Positions 50,094-60,206 of a stretch of DNA of 64,000 bases are shown here, in pieces. Both the position numbers and the translations under genes were made by a program. Position 1 is the stretch's first letter; each line of letters begins with the position of its first letter. The notes under the pieces were generated by a model, which was not told the origin of the DNA, made no database searches, and saw nothing but the letters and a program-made list of their open reading frames with translations. This DNA is from Pseudomonas aeruginosa PAO1 (GTDB taxonomy: Bacteria > Pseudomonadota > Gammaproteobacteria > Pseudomonadales > Pseudomonadaceae), in assembly GCF_000006765.1 (NCBI RefSeq), contig NC_002516.2; one strand, 5' to 3'.

Positions 50094-50352
50094 ATTGACC
50101 GGCGCAGTCATCGCCTTGCTCGAGAAGCGCTGGGTCGGCGTCGCCGAGGTGCAGGCGTTGCTCGAGCCGTTGCCGCTGGCCGACGTCGCCCGGCAGATCC
50201 ATTTCTTCCGCGAACTGAAGCGTCTCTACCGCCTGTTGCCGGTCGAAGTGTTCGGCGACGACGAGCAGCGCCAGAATCTTTTGAATGCCTGCCAGATGGC
50301 ACTCGACCTGGCGATCGAGCGCGAAGAGGAGCAGCAGCATGGACTGGGTTGA
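50074..50352 (+). CDS. pcr1: Pcr1 (TyeA homolog)
   Basis: 92 aa overlapping the popN end. TyeA-like FFRELKRL...QRQNLL. Confidence 0.93.
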   Translation: MAYGPSELTGAVIALLEKRWVGVAEVQALLEPLPLADVARQIHFFRELKRLYRLLPVEVFGDDEQRQNLLNACQMALDLAIEREEEQQHGLG

Positions 50353-50710
50353 GCTGGCCGTCGCGCAGTTCTGCCAGGACCTGCGGGTGAGCGTACCGGC
50401 GCCGCTGGCGCGCGTGGTGCAACTGGATTTCGAGGACAGCGGCACCTTGCAGCTGGAACGCCATGGCGAACAGTTGTCGCTCTGGCTGGCCTGTGACCTG
50501 GCCTGGCACCAGGCCTATCGCGGAACGCTGCGGGCGTTGCGCCTGTGCCATGCGCGCGCGGCCGGGAGCCTGCCGCTGCGTTGCGCCTGGAGCGGCGAAT
50601 CGCGCCTGCTGCTGTGCATCACCCTGGAAGCCCGGCAGGTCGGCATGCCGACGTTGCACCAGGCCTTGCAGGCGCTGCGCTCGGCGCGCAGCGAAGTGCT
50701 CGCCGCATGA
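50339..50710 (+). CDS. pcr2: Pcr2 chaperone (SycN homolog)
   Basis: ATG 50339 (MDWVELAVAQFCQDL), 123 aa. Confidence 0.9.
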   Translation: MDWVELAVAQFCQDLRVSVPAPLARVVQLDFEDSGTLQLERHGEQLSLWLACDLAWHQAYRGTLRALRLCHARAAGSLPLRCAWSGESRLLLCITLEARQVGMPTLHQALQALRSARSEVLAA

Positions 50711-51072
50711 GCCGGGTCGGTGCCTGGCACATCGGCATCGAACGACTCGACCTGGCGCATGCCGAGCCGTTCGCGCCGCCCCTGCCGGAGCGCCATCTGC
50801 TGGCGCCCGACGGCCGGCCGGTGGAGACCCACGTCGCCAGCCTGTATCCCGCGCAGCAGGCGCAACAGCGCCTGTTCGACTACGCCCGGCCCCAGCTGGA
50901 GTTCCACGGCCTGCTGCGCCCCGGCGACTTCCGCCAGGCGCTGCGCGATCTCCGCCTGGCCCTCACGCTGCCCCGCCAGCCGGCCCTGCAGGCCGCGGCC
51001 TGCCTGCTCGGCGAGCGCGATGAAGACGAGCGACTGCTGCAAATGGCCCTGAACCTGTTGCACAAGGTATGA
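50707..51072 (+). CDS. pcr3: Pcr3 (YscX homolog)
   Basis: ATG 50707, 121 aa ending LLQMALNLLHKV. Confidence 0.9.
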   Translation: MSRVGAWHIGIERLDLAHAEPFAPPLPERHLLAPDGRPVETHVASLYPAQQAQQRLFDYARPQLEFHGLLRPGDFRQALRDLRLALTLPRQPALQAAACLLGERDEDERLLQMALNLLHKV

Positions 51073-51076
51073 ATCG

Positions 51077-51406
51077 ATGACGTTGAAACCGACGCAACAG
51101 CGCCTGTTGCTGATGCTGGGCTGGTTGCACCTGCAATGCGGCCAGCCGCGACGCGCCCAGGTGTTGCTGGAGGCCTTGCTGAGCGTTGCGCCGGAGCGCC
51201 GCGACGGGCGCCGCGCCTTGCTCCTGGCGTTGCTCCAGCAAGGCCTCGGCGAGCCCGCCGTGCGCCTGTGCCGGCAGTTGCAGGAGGATGGCGAGGAGGA
51301 GCCCGGTCTGTGGCGTTGCCTGAGCCGTGCCGAACAGCTCGCCGGGCGTCTCGACGCGGCGCGTGCCGCGCACGCCCGGGCGCTGGAGCTGGAGGCGCGG
51401 GAATGA
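51077..51406 (+). CDS. pcr4: Pcr4 TPR chaperone (YscY homolog)
   Basis: 109 aa with TPR-like helices. Confidence 0.9.
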   Translation: MTLKPTQQRLLLMLGWLHLQCGQPRRAQVLLEALLSVAPERRDGRRALLLALLQQGLGEPAVRLCRQLQEDGEEEPGLWRCLSRAEQLAGRLDAARAAHARALELEARE

Positions 51407-53523
51407 ACGACCTGAGCGGGCTTCTCGGCCGGGTCGGCGAGCGCAAGGACATCCTGCTGGTGGTGTTGCTGCTGGCGGTGGTGTTCATGATGGTGCTGCC
51501 GCTGCCACCGCTGCTGCTGGACATCCTCATCGCCGTCAACATCACCATCTCCGTGGTCCTGCTGATGATGTCGGTGTACATCGGCTCGCCGTTGCAGTTC
51601 TCGGTGTTCCCGGCGGTGCTGCTGATCACCACGCTGTTCCGCCTGGCGCTGTCGGTGAGCACCACACGGATGATCCTGCTGCAGGCCGACGCGGGGCAGA
51701 TCGTCAACACCTTCGGCAGCTTCGTGGTCGGCGGCAACCTGGTGGTGGGCATCATCATCTTCCTGATCATCACCATCGTGCAGTTCCTGGTGATCACCAA
51801 GGGTGCCGAGCGGGTCGCCGAGGTCAGCGCGCGCTTTTCCCTGGATGCCATGCCGGGCAAGCAGATGAGCATCGACGGCGACATGCGTGCTGGCGTGATC
51901 GATGTCAACGAGGCGCGGGCGCGGCGCGCGGTGATCGAAAAGGAAAGCCAGATGTTCGGCTCCATGGACGGCGCGATGAAGTTCGTCAAGGGCGACGCCA
52001 TCGCCGGGCTGATCATCATCGTCGTCAACATCCTCGGCGGCATCGCCATCGGCGTCACGCAGAAGGGCCTGAGCACCGCCGACGCGCTGCAACTGTACGC
52101 GGTGCTGACCGTCGGCGATGGCATGGTCTCGCAGGTGCCGGCGTTGCTGATCGCCATCACCGCCGGGATCATCGTCACCCGGGTGTCTTCCGACGAATCG
52201 GCGGACCTCGGCAGCGACATCGGCGAACAGGTGGTGGCGCAGCCCAAGGCGCTGCTGATCGGCGGCCTGTTGCTGGTGCTGTTCGGCCTGATTCCCGGTT
52301 TCCCGACCCTGACCTTCCTGGCTCTCGCGCTGCTGGTTGGCGGCGGCGGCTACTTCATGCTCTGGCGCCAGCGGGCCCAGGCCAGCGCCGGTTCCCGCGA
52401 CCTGCCGGCGTTGCTCGCGCAGGGCGCCGGAGCGCCATCGGCCAAGGCGCGTGGCAAGGCTGGCGGCGGCAAGCCGAAGGCCGGGCGTCTCGCCGAGCAG
52501 GAAGAATTCGCCCTCACCGTGCCGTTGCTGATCGACGTCGATGCCAGCCTCCAGGAACGTCTCGAGGCGATGTCGCTGAACGAGGAGCTGGTGCGGGTAC
52601 GACGCGCGTTGTACCTGGATTTCGGCGTGCCGTTCCCGGGTATCCACTTGCGCTTCAACGAAGCGATGGGCGATGGCGAATACCTGGTGCAGCTACAGGA
52701 GGTCCCGGTCGCGCGCGGATGCCTGCGGCCGGGCTGGTTGCTGGTGCGCGAACGCGCCGCGCAGCTGGAATTGCTCGCGGTCCCCCACGAGCCGGCAGAG
52801 CTGCAGGTGCCGGGAGAAGAGGCGAGCTGGGTGGAGCAGGCGCATCAGGATCGCCTGGAGCGTTCCGGCTGTGCCTGCCTGGGCCTGGAGCAGGTGCTCA
52901 CCTGGCACCTGTCCCATGTGCTGCGGGAGTACGCCGAGGATTTCATCGGCATCCAGGAGACGCGCTACCTGCTGGAGCAGATGGAGCAGGGTTACGGCGA
53001 GCTGGTGAAGGAGGCGCAGCGGATCGTTCCCCTGCAGCGGATGACCGAGATTCTCCAGCGCCTGGTCGGCGAGGACATCTCGATCCGCAACATGCGGGCG
53101 ATCCTCGAGGCGATGGTGGAGTGGGGGCAGAAGGAGAAGGACGTGGTGCAGCTCACCGAGTACATCCGCAGCAGCCTCAAGCGCTACATCTGCTACAAGT
53201 ACTCCAGCGGCAACAATATCCTTCCCGCCTATCTGCTGGACCAGGCGGTGGAGGAGCAGATCCGCGGTGGCATCCGCCAGACCAGCGCCGGCAGCTACCT
53301 GGCCCTCGACCCGGCGATAACCCAGGCCTTCCTCGAGCGCGTGCGGCAGACCGTCGGCGATCTCGCGCAGATGCAGAACCGGCCGGTGCTGATCGTTTCC
53401 ATGGATATCCGCCGCTACGTGCGCAAGCTGGTGGAGAGCGACTATGCCGGGCTGCCGGTGCTGTCCTACCAGGAGCTGACCCAGCAGATCAACATCCAGC
53501 CGCTTGGCAGGATCGTGTTGTGA
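51403..53523 (+). CDS. pcrD: T3SS major export gate PcrD (SctV/LcrD)
   Basis: ATG 51403, 706 aa. [22 protein letters not shown] and FHIPEP family motifs. Confidence 0.97.
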   Translation: MNDLSGLLGRVGERKDILLVVLLLAVVFMMVLPLPPLLLDILIAVNITISVVLLMMSVYIGSPLQFSVFPAVLLITTLFRLALSVSTTRMILLQADAGQIVNTFGSFVVGGNLVVGIIIFLIITIVQFLVITKGAERVAEVSARFSLDAMPGKQMSIDGDMRAGVIDVNEARARRAVIEKESQMFGSMDGAMKFVKGDAIAGLIIIVVNILGGIAIGVTQKGLSTADALQLYAVLTVGDGMVSQVPALLIAITAGIIVTRVSSDESADLGSDIGEQVVAQPKALLIGGLLLVLFGLIPGFPTLTFLALALLVGGGGYFMLWRQRAQASAGSRDLPALLAQGAGAPSAKARGKAGGGKPKAGRLAEQEEFALTVPLLIDVDASLQERLEAMSLNEELVRVRRALYLDFGVPFPGIHLRFNEAMGDGEYLVQLQEVPVARGCLRPGWLLVRERAAQLELLAVPHEPAELQVPGEEASWVEQAHQDRLERSGCACLGLEQVLTWHLSHVLREYAEDFIGIQETRYLLEQMEQGYGELVKEAQRIVPLQRMTEILQRLVGEDISIRNMRAILEAMVEWGQKEKDVVQLTEYIRSSLKRYICYKYSSGNNILPAYLLDQAVEEQIRGGIRQTSAGSYLALDPAITQAFLERVRQTVGDLAQMQNRPVLIVSMDIRRYVRKLVESDYAGLPVLSYQELTQQINIQPLGRIVL

Positions 53524-53954
53524 GCGCCGATCCGCTGATTCCCTGGTTTCTCGCCCGCGGCCTGGCGGTGCGTCCGCATTGCCTGCGCGACACCTCGATC
53601 GCGCTCGGCTGGCAGGTCCTGGCCCATGGCTGCGAACTGGCCTGGCGCTGCGACGGCGAGCGGGTCTGGATCGTGATGTTGCGTCGGCGGCAGGCGCGCA
53701 GCGGATTGGCCAATCCATTCGCCGCGCTGTACCTGCTGGCGGAGGCCACGCTCGATACGCTGGGGCCGCGCCAGCGTCTCTACGGCAAGGTCCTGGCGCT
53801 GGCCGGCAGCCCACTGCCTGGCGAGCGCATGGCGCGCTTCTATCGCCGCTGGACCGGCGCCGCCGAGCCCGCCGACGGCTGGTTCGAGCTGGAGGCCGGG
53901 CGGGTGGTGACGCAGCGAAGCCTGCGAAAACGACAAAAACCCGACCGTGCCTGA
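53520..53954 (+). CDS. pcrR: PcrR (LcrR homolog), GTG start
   Basis: 144 aa. GLANPFAAL and RMARFYRRW motifs; located between pcrD and pcrG. Confidence 0.88.
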   Translation: MSADPLIPWFLARGLAVRPHCLRDTSIALGWQVLAHGCELAWRCDGERVWIVMLRRRQARSGLANPFAALYLLAEATLDTLGPRQRLYGKVLALAGSPLPGERMARFYRRWTGAAEPADGWFELEAGRVVTQRSLRKRQKPDRA

Positions 53955-53983
53955 CAGGCTCCGGCAACGTCGATCCCTACCAT
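53933..53983 (+). promoter_or_regulatory. ExsA-dependent promoter PpcrG
   Basis: AAAAA 53935-53939, GAC, CTGACA-N21-TACCAT. Confidence 0.75.
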
Positions 53984-54278
53984 GGGCGACATGAACGAAT
54001 ACACCGAAGACACCCTGCGGGCGACCGTCCAGGCCGCCGAACTGGCGATTCGCGACAGCGAGGAACGCGGCCGCCTGCTGGCGGAAATGTGGCAAGGCCT
54101 GGGGCTTGCCGCGGACGCCGGCGAGCTGCTGTTCCAGGCGCCGGAGCGAGAGCTGGCGCGAGCCGCCGAAGAGGAGCTGCTGGCCGAACTGCGGCGCATG
54201 CGCAGTTCCCAGCCGACGCAGGGCGAGCAGGGTACCCGGCCGCGGCGTCCGACGCCGATGCGTGGCTTGTTGATCTGA
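53982..54278 (+). CDS. pcrG: PcrG (LcrG homolog); the true start may be the ATG at 53991
   Basis: 98 aa ending RRPTPMRGLLI. Confidence 0.93.
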   Translation: MGDMNEYTEDTLRATVQAAELAIRDSEERGRLLAEMWQGLGLAADAGELLFQAPERELARAAEEELLAELRRMRSSQPTQGEQGTRPRRPTPMRGLLI

Positions 54279-54287
54279 GGAATCACG

Positions 54288-55172
54288 ATGGAAGTCAGAA
54301 ACCTTAATGCCGCTCGCGAGCTGTTCCTGGACGAGCTCCTGGCCGCGTCGGCGGCGCCTGCCAGTGCCGAGCAGGAGGAACTGCTGGCCCTGTTGCGCAG
54401 CGAGCGGATCGTGCTGGCCCACGCCGGCCAGCCGCTGAGCGAGGCGCAAGTGCTCAAGGCGCTCGCCTGGTTGCTCGCGGCCAATCCGTCCGCGCCTCCG
54501 GGGCAGGGCCTCGAGGTACTCCGCGAAGTCCTGCAGGCACGTCGGCAGCCCGGTGCGCAGTGGGATCTGCGCGAGTTCCTGGTGTCGGCCTATTTCAGCC
54601 TGCACGGGCGTCTCGACGAGGATGTCATCGGTGTCTACAAGGATGTCCTGCAGACCCAGGACGGCAAGCGCAAGGCGCTGCTCGACGAGCTCAAGGCGCT
54701 GACCGCGGAGTTGAAGGTCTACAGCGTGATCCAGTCGCAGATCAACGCCGCGCTGTCGGCCAAGCAGGGCATCAGGATCGACGCTGGCGGTATCGATCTG
54801 GTCGACCCCACGCTATATGGCTATGCCGTCGGCGATCCCAGGTGGAAGGACAGCCCCGAGTATGCGCTGCTGAGCAATCTGGATACCTTCAGCGGCAAGC
54901 TGTCGATCAAGGATTTTCTCAGCGGCTCGCCGAAGCAGAGCGGGGAACTCAAGGGCCTCAGCGATGAGTACCCCTTCGAGAAGGACAACAACCCGGTCGG
55001 CAATTTCGCCACCACGGTGAGCGACCGCTCGCGTCCGCTGAACGACAAGGTCAACGAGAAGACCACCCTGCTCAACGACACCAGCTCCCGCTACAACTCG
55101 GCGGTCGAGGCGCTCAACCGCTTCATCCAGAAATACGACAGCGTCCTGCGCGACATTCTCAGCGCGATCTAG
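54288..55172 (+). CDS. pcrV: Needle-tip V antigen PcrV
   Basis: 294 aa, from MEVRNLNAARELFLDELL to LNRFIQKYDSVLRDILSAI. Confidence 0.98.
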   Translation: MEVRNLNAARELFLDELLAASAAPASAEQEELLALLRSERIVLAHAGQPLSEAQVLKALAWLLAANPSAPPGQGLEVLREVLQARRQPGAQWDLREFLVSAYFSLHGRLDEDVIGVYKDVLQTQDGKRKALLDELKALTAELKVYSVIQSQINAALSAKQGIRIDAGGIDLVDPTLYGYAVGDPRWKDSPEYALLSNLDTFSGKLSIKDFLSGSPKQSGELKGLSDEYPFEKDNNPVGNFATTVSDRSRPLNDKVNEKTTLLNDTSSRYNSAVEALNRFIQKYDSVLRDILSAI

Positions 55173-55180
55173 AGGTATCC

Positions 55181-55684
55181 ATGAACCAGCCGACCCCTTC
55201 CGACACCGACCAGCAACAGGCGCTGGAGGCCTTCCTGCGCGACGGCGGCACCCTGGCGATGCTTCGCGGACTCAGCGAGGACACCCTGGAGCAGCTCTAT
55301 GCGCTGGGCTTCAACCAGTACCAGGCGGGCAAGTGGGACGACGCGCAGAAGATCTTCCAGGCACTGTGCATGCTCGACCACTACGACGCCCGCTACTTTC
55401 TCGGCCTGGGCGCCTGCCGCCAGTCCCTCGGTCTCTATGAACAGGCCCTGCAGAGCTACAGCTACGGCGCGCTGATGGACATCAACGAGCCGCGCTTTCC
55501 CTTCCATGCCGCCGAGTGCCACCTGCAACTGGGTGATCTCGACGGAGCCGAGAGTGGCTTCTACTCGGCCCGGGCCCTGGCCGCGGCACAGCCGGCGCAC
55601 GAGGCCCTGGCCGCGCGTGCCGGCGCCATGTTGGAAGCCGTAACCGCGAGAAAGGATCGAGCATATGAATCCGATAACGCTTGA
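55181..55684 (+). CDS. pcrH: Translocator chaperone PcrH (TPR, SycD family)
   Basis: 167 aa with TPR repeats. LDHYDARYFLGLGACRQ motif. Confidence 0.96.
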   Translation: MNQPTPSDTDQQQALEAFLRDGGTLAMLRGLSEDTLEQLYALGFNQYQAGKWDDAQKIFQALCMLDHYDARYFLGLGACRQSLGLYEQALQSYSYGALMDINEPRFPFHAAECHLQLGDLDGAESGFYSARALAAAQPAHEALAARAGAMLEAVTARKDRAYESDNA

Positions 55685-56837
55685 ACGCGCCGGACTGCCC
55701 TACGGGGTGGCCGACGCCGGGGATATCCCGGCGCTCGGCAGGCCGGTCGCGAGGGATGTCGAGAGTCTGCGGGTGGAGCGCCTGGCGGCGCCGGCCGCGG
55801 CTTCCGCGAGCGGCACGGGGGTGGCGCTGACGCCGCCGTCCGCAGCCAGCCAGCAGCGCCTGGAGGTCGCCAATCGTGCGGAGATCGCCAGCCTGGTGCA
55901 GGCAGTGGGCGAGGATGTCGGACTGGCGCGGCAGGTTGTGCTGGCCGGCGCTTCGACGCTGTTGTCCGCCGGCCTGATGTCGCCGCAGGCGTTCGAGATC
56001 GAGCTGGCGAAAATCACCGGCGAAGTCGAGAACCAGCAGAAGAAACTCAAGCTGACCGAAATCGAGCAGGCGCGAAAGCAGAACCTGCAGAAGATGGAGG
56101 ACAACCAGCAGAAGATCAGGGAGTCGGAAGAAGCCGCGAAAGAAGCCCAGAAGTCCGGTCTGGCAGCCAAAATCTTTGGTTGGATCAGTGCAATAGCTTC
56201 GATCATCGTCGGCGCAATCATGGTGGCAACCGGCGTCGGCGCGGCCGCGGGTGCACTGATGATCGCGGGCGGTGTCATGGGAGTGGTCTCCCAGTCGGTA
56301 CAGCAGGCAGCCGCGGACGGATTGATCAGCAAGGAAGTGATGGAAAAGCTCGGCCCGGCACTGATGGGTATCGAGATGGCCGTCGCGCTGCTGGCGGCGG
56401 TGGTCAGCTTCGGCGGCTCAGCGGTCGGCGGGCTGGCCAGGCTGGGCGCGAAGATCGGCGGCAAGGCGGCCGAGATGACCGCCAGCCTGGCGAGCAAGGT
56501 CGCCGACCTGGGCGGCAAGTTCGGCAGTTTGGCCGGCCAATCGCTGTCGCACTCGCTGAAACTCGGCGTGCAGGTTTCCGACCTGACCCTGGACGTCGCC
56601 AACGGCGCGGCCCAGGCCACTCATTCGGGATTCCAGGCGAAGGCCGCGAACCGCCAGGCCGACGTGCAGGAATCGCGTGCCGACCTGACCACCCTGCAGG
56701 GCGTGATCGAGCGCCTGAAGGAAGAGCTGAGCCGCATGCTGGAAGCATTCCAGGAAATCATGGAGCGGATCTTCGCCATGCTCCAGGCCAAGGGTGAAAC
56801 CCTGCACAACCTGTCCAGCCGACCGGCAGCGATCTGA
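55665..56837 (+). CDS. popB: Major translocator PopB
   Basis: 390 aa with two hydrophobic segments, YopB-like. Confidence 0.96.
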   Translation: MNPITLERAGLPYGVADAGDIPALGRPVARDVESLRVERLAAPAAASASGTGVALTPPSAASQQRLEVANRAEIASLVQAVGEDVGLARQVVLAGASTLLSAGLMSPQAFEIELAKITGEVENQQKKLKLTEIEQARKQNLQKMEDNQQKIRESEEAAKEAQKSGLAAKIFGWISAIASIIVGAIMVATGVGAAAGALMIAGGVMGVVSQSVQQAAADGLISKEVMEKLGPALMGIEMAVALLAAVVSFGGSAVGGLARLGAKIGGKAAEMTASLASKVADLGGKFGSLAGQSLSHSLKLGVQVSDLTLDVANGAAQATHSGFQAKAANRQADVQESRADLTTLQGVIERLKEELSRMLEAFQEIMERIFAMLQAKGETLHNLSSRPAAI

Positions 56838-56848
56838 GGAGACGTCAC

Positions 56849-57736
56849 ATGATCGACACGCAATATTCCCTGGCGGCTACCCAGGCCGCGATCCCCTCCG
56901 AGCCGATCGCTCCCGGCGCCGCCGGGCGTTCCGTCGGCACGCCGCAAGCGGCTGCGGACCTGCCGCAGGTGCCGGCCGCGCGGGCCGACCGGGTCGAACT
57001 GAACGCTCCGCGCCAGGTGCTCGACCCGGTGCGCATGGAAGCGGCCGGCAGCGAGCTGGACAGCAGCGTCGAGCTTCTGCTGATTCTCTTCCGCATCGCG
57101 CAGAAAGCGCGCGAGCTGGGCGTGCTCCAGCGCGACAACGAGAACCAGTCGATCATCCACGCGCAGAAGGCGCAGGTGGACGAGATGCGCAGCGGCGCCA
57201 CGCTGATGATCGCCATGGCGGTGATCGCTGGCGTCGGCGCATTGGCCTCGGCGGTGGTCGGCAGCCTCGGCGCGTTGAAGAACGGCAAGGCCATCAGTCA
57301 AGAGAAGACCCTGCAGAAGAACATCGATGGGCGCAACGAACTGATCGACGCGAAGATGCAGGCGCTTGGCAAGACCTCCGACGAGGATCGCAAGATCGTC
57401 GGCAAGGTCTGGGCGGCGGACCAGGTGCAGGACAGTGTGGCGTTGCGTGCGGCGGGCCGTGCCTTCGAGAGCCGCAACGGCGCCCTGCAGGTGGCCAACA
57501 CGGTGATCCAGTCCTTCGTCCAGATGGCCAACGCCTCGGTCCAGGTGCGCCAGGGCGAATCGCAGGCGAGCGCCCGGGAAGGAGAGGTCAACGCCACCAT
57601 CGGGCAGAGCCAGAAGCAGAAGGTCGAGGACCAGATGAGCTTCGATGCCGGCTTCATGAAGGACGTCCTGCAGCTCATCCAGCAGTACACCCAGAGCCAT
57701 AACCAGGCCTGGCGTGCGGCGGCCGGAGTGGTCTGA
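56849..57736 (+). CDS. popD: Minor translocator PopD
   Basis: 295 aa with the DRVELNAP chaperone-binding motif and one TM. Confidence 0.96.
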   Translation: MIDTQYSLAATQAAIPSEPIAPGAAGRSVGTPQAAADLPQVPAARADRVELNAPRQVLDPVRMEAAGSELDSSVELLLILFRIAQKARELGVLQRDNENQSIIHAQKAQVDEMRSGATLMIAMAVIAGVGALASAVVGSLGALKNGKAISQEKTLQKNIDGRNELIDAKMQALGKTSDEDRKIVGKVWAADQVQDSVALRAAGRAFESRNGALQVANTVIQSFVQMANASVQVRQGESQASAREGEVNATIGQSQKQKVEDQMSFDAGFMKDVLQLIQQYTQSHNQAWRAAAGVV

Positions 57737-57755
57737 GCCGTCTCCGCGCGGGAGG

Positions 57756-57782
57756 AAAAGGCCACAGCGATGTGGCTTTTTT
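57756..57782 (+). terminator. Probable terminator after popD
   Basis: GCCACA-GCGA-TGTGGC followed by TTTTTT. Confidence 0.7.
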
Positions 57783-57784
57783 CT

Positions 57785-57836
57785 TAAAAGAAAAGTCTCT
57801 CAGTGACAAAAGCGATGCATAGCCCGGTGCTAGCAT
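57785..57836 (+). promoter_or_regulatory. ExsA-dependent promoter PexsC
   Basis: TAAAAGAAAA...GTGACA-N22-TAGCAT. Confidence 0.8.
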
Positions 57837-57861
57837 GCGCTGAGCTTTAGGAGGCGCCCCC

Positions 57862-58299
57862 ATGGATTTAACGAGCAAGGTCAACCGACTGCTTGCCGAG
57901 TTCGCAGGCCGTATCGGTTTGCCTTCCCTGTCCCTCGACGAGGAGGGCATGGCGAGCCTCCTGTTCGACGAACAGGTGGGCGTCACCCTGTTGCTGCTCG
58001 CCGAGCGCGAGCGTCTGTTGCTGGAGGCCGATGTGGCGGGCATCGATGTGCTGGGCGAGGGGATCTTTCGCCAGCTCGCCAGCTTCAACCGCCATTGGCA
58101 CCGTTTCGATCTGCATTTCGGCTTCGACGAGCTGACCGGCAAGGTCCAGTTGTATGCGCAGATTCTCGCAGCGCAACTGACCCTCGAATGCTTCGAGGCG
58201 ACCTTGGCCAATCTGCTCGATCACGCCGAGTTCTGGCAGCGCCTGCTGCCGTGCGACAGTGATCGCGAGGCGGTCGCTGCGGTCGGCATGAGGGTTTGA
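57862..58299 (+). CDS. exsC: Anti-anti-activator and chaperone ExsC
   Basis: 145 aa CesT-type chaperone. Confidence 0.95.
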   Translation: MDLTSKVNRLLAEFAGRIGLPSLSLDEEGMASLLFDEQVGVTLLLLAERERLLLEADVAGIDVLGEGIFRQLASFNRHWHRFDLHFGFDELTGKVQLYAQILAAQLTLECFEATLANLLDHAEFWQRLLPCDSDREAVAAVGMRV

Positions 58300-58307
58300 G
58301 CGGCCCC

Positions 58308-58553
58308 ATGAAAATCGAATCGATTTCGCCGGTGCAGCCGTCCCAAGACGCTGGAGCCGAGGCGGTGGGGCATTTCGAGGGGCGTTCGGTGACCCGCGCG
58401 GCCGTTCGCGGCGAGGACCGTTCCAGCGTGGCCGGGCTGGCGCGCTGGCTGGCGCGCAACGTGGCTGGCGATCCGCGTAGTGAGCAGGCCTTGCAGCGTC
58501 TCGCCGACGGTGACGGCACGCCGCTGGAGGCGCGCACGGTCCGGCGCAGGTGA
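58308..58553 (+). CDS. exsE: Secreted regulator ExsE
   Basis: ATG 58308 (MKIESISPVQPSQ), 81 aa. VGHFEGRSV motif. Confidence 0.93.
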   Translation: MKIESISPVQPSQDAGAEAVGHFEGRSVTRAAVRGEDRSSVAGLARWLARNVAGDPRSEQALQRLADGDGTPLEARTVRRR

Positions 58554-58975
58554 GGTGCTGGATGCTGTTGCCGCTGGCGTTGCTGCTCGGCGGTTGCGTC
58601 AGCCAGCCCGCGCCGATGTCGCCGAAGGTGACGGTGGGGGGTTCGGTGGGCGGCGTTTCCCTGCAGGCGCGCCAGGCGCAACTCAGGCTGCGCCTGTATG
58701 CCGTCGTTCAGGGAAGGATGCAAACGATTGCCGAGCGGCGCTACCGGGTGTCCGGGTTGCCGTTGCGCTATGCCTTCGATCTGGAGGTCGACAGGTTGGA
58801 GGGCGAGGCATTGTACCTGCGTACCGAGCTTTCCTGGGTGGGCGTCGCGGCGGTCCAGGCGAGTGCCTGGCAACAGGTGGCGGCGGGCGTCGATGAGCGG
58901 GTCCGGCTGGTTCGGCGCGACTGTTTTCCGAATTGTACGGCCGCTCGCCCGGAAGAAAGATCTGGCAACGATTGA
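58550..58975 (+). CDS. exsB: Pilotin lipoprotein ExsB (YscW homolog)
   Basis: LGGC lipobox. Start is GTG 58550 or ATG 58562. Confidence 0.92.
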   Translation: MRCWMLLPLALLLGGCVSQPAPMSPKVTVGGSVGGVSLQARQAQLRLRLYAVVQGRMQTIAERRYRVSGLPLRYAFDLEVDRLEGEALYLRTELSWVGVAAVQASAWQQVAAGVDERVRLVRRDCFPNCTAARPEERSGND

Positions 58976-59123
58976 TACATTGCCTGCTGTTTCGGAAAGT
59001 GCGTATGGAGATTAAAGAAGTGCAAGTCTCGTTCGTTTTCAGGGAAGGCCTCGAATAATAAAACTGGTACTTTTGTTCCGCTTCTAAAGAAGGCTGGATT
59101 AATTGGCGGAAGCCGACTCGCTC

Positions 59124-59165
59124 TGCGAATCAGCGCACGTCGGATAATCCTGATTATTATAAAAT
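59124..59165 (+). promoter_or_regulatory. Vfr-dependent promoter PexsA
   Basis: CRP/Vfr-like site TGCGA-ATCAGC-GCACG (59124-59139) and -10 TAAAAT (59160-59165). Class II spacing gives a start site near 59172, about 100 nt before exsA. Confidence 0.6.
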
Positions 59166-59272
59166 CGACTCCGTGCTCATGGCTTTGAAAATCAATAAAA
59201 CGGAGCGTATTCATGCCTCTCCGCTAGGCGGGGCATTCAAGGTACGACGGGAAGTGTTGGGGTTCTTATAAT

Positions 59273-60109
59273 ATGCAAGGAGCCAAATCTCTTGGCCGAA
59301 AGCAGATAACGTCTTGTCATTGGAACATTCCAACTTTCGAATACAGGGTAAACAAGGAAGAGGGCGTATATGTTCTGCTCGAGGGCGAACTGACCGTCCA
59401 GGACATCGATTCCACTTTTTGCCTGGCGCCTGGCGAGTTGCTTTTCGTCCGCCGCGGAAGCTATGTCGTAAGTACCAAGGGAAAGGACAGCCGAATACTC
59501 TGGATTCCATTATCTGCCCAGTTTCTACAAGGCTTCGTCCAGCGCTTCGGCGCGCTGTTGAGTGAAGTCGAGCGTTGCGACGAGCCCGTGCCGGGCATCA
59601 TCGCGTTCGCTGCCACGCCTCTGCTGGCCGGTTGCGTCAAGGGGTTGAAGGAATTGCTTGTGCATGAGCATCCGCCGATGCTCGCCTGCCTGAAGATCGA
59701 GGAGTTGCTGATGCTCTTCGCGTTCAGTCCGCAGGGGCCGCTGCTGATGTCGGTCCTGCGGCAACTGAGCAACCGGCATGTCGAGCGTCTGCAGCTATTC
59801 ATGGAGAAGCACTACCTCAACGAGTGGAAGCTGTCCGACTTCTCCCGCGAGTTCGGCATGGGGCTGACCACCTTCAAGGAGCTGTTCGGCAGTGTCTATG
59901 GGGTTTCGCCGCGCGCCTGGATCAGCGAGCGGAGAATCCTCTATGCCCATCAGTTGCTGCTCAACAGCGACATGAGCATCGTCGACATCGCCATGGAGGC
60001 GGGCTTTTCCAGTCAGTCCTATTTCACCCAGAGCTATCGCCGCCGTTTCGGCTGCACGCCGAGCCGCTCGCGGCAGGGGAAGGACGAATGCCGGGCTAAA
60101 AATAACTGA
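59273..60109 (+). CDS. exsA: AraC-family T3SS master activator ExsA
   Basis: 278 aa with a C-terminal double HTH (IAMEAGFSSQSYFTQSYRRRFG). Confidence 0.97.
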   Translation: MQGAKSLGRKQITSCHWNIPTFEYRVNKEEGVYVLLEGELTVQDIDSTFCLAPGELLFVRRGSYVVSTKGKDSRILWIPLSAQFLQGFVQRFGALLSEVERCDEPVPGIIAFAATPLLAGCVKGLKELLVHEHPPMLACLKIEELLMLFAFSPQGPLLMSVLRQLSNRHVERLQLFMEKHYLNEWKLSDFSREFGMGLTTFKELFGSVYGVSPRAWISERRILYAHQLLLNSDMSIVDIAMEAGFSSQSYFTQSYRRRFGCTPSRSRQGKDECRAKNN

Positions 60110-60148
60110 CGTTTTTTGAAAGCCCGGTAGCGGCTGCATGAGTAGAAT
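60097..60148 (+). promoter_or_regulatory. ExsA-dependent promoter PexsD
   Basis: TAAAAA...GAC...TTGAAA-N21-TAGAAT. Confidence 0.8.
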
Positions 60149-60206
60149 CGGCCCAAATTGCAGGCTCTGACGAGCGCGCAATGTAGTGAGGAAGCCAAGG
60201 CAGAGA

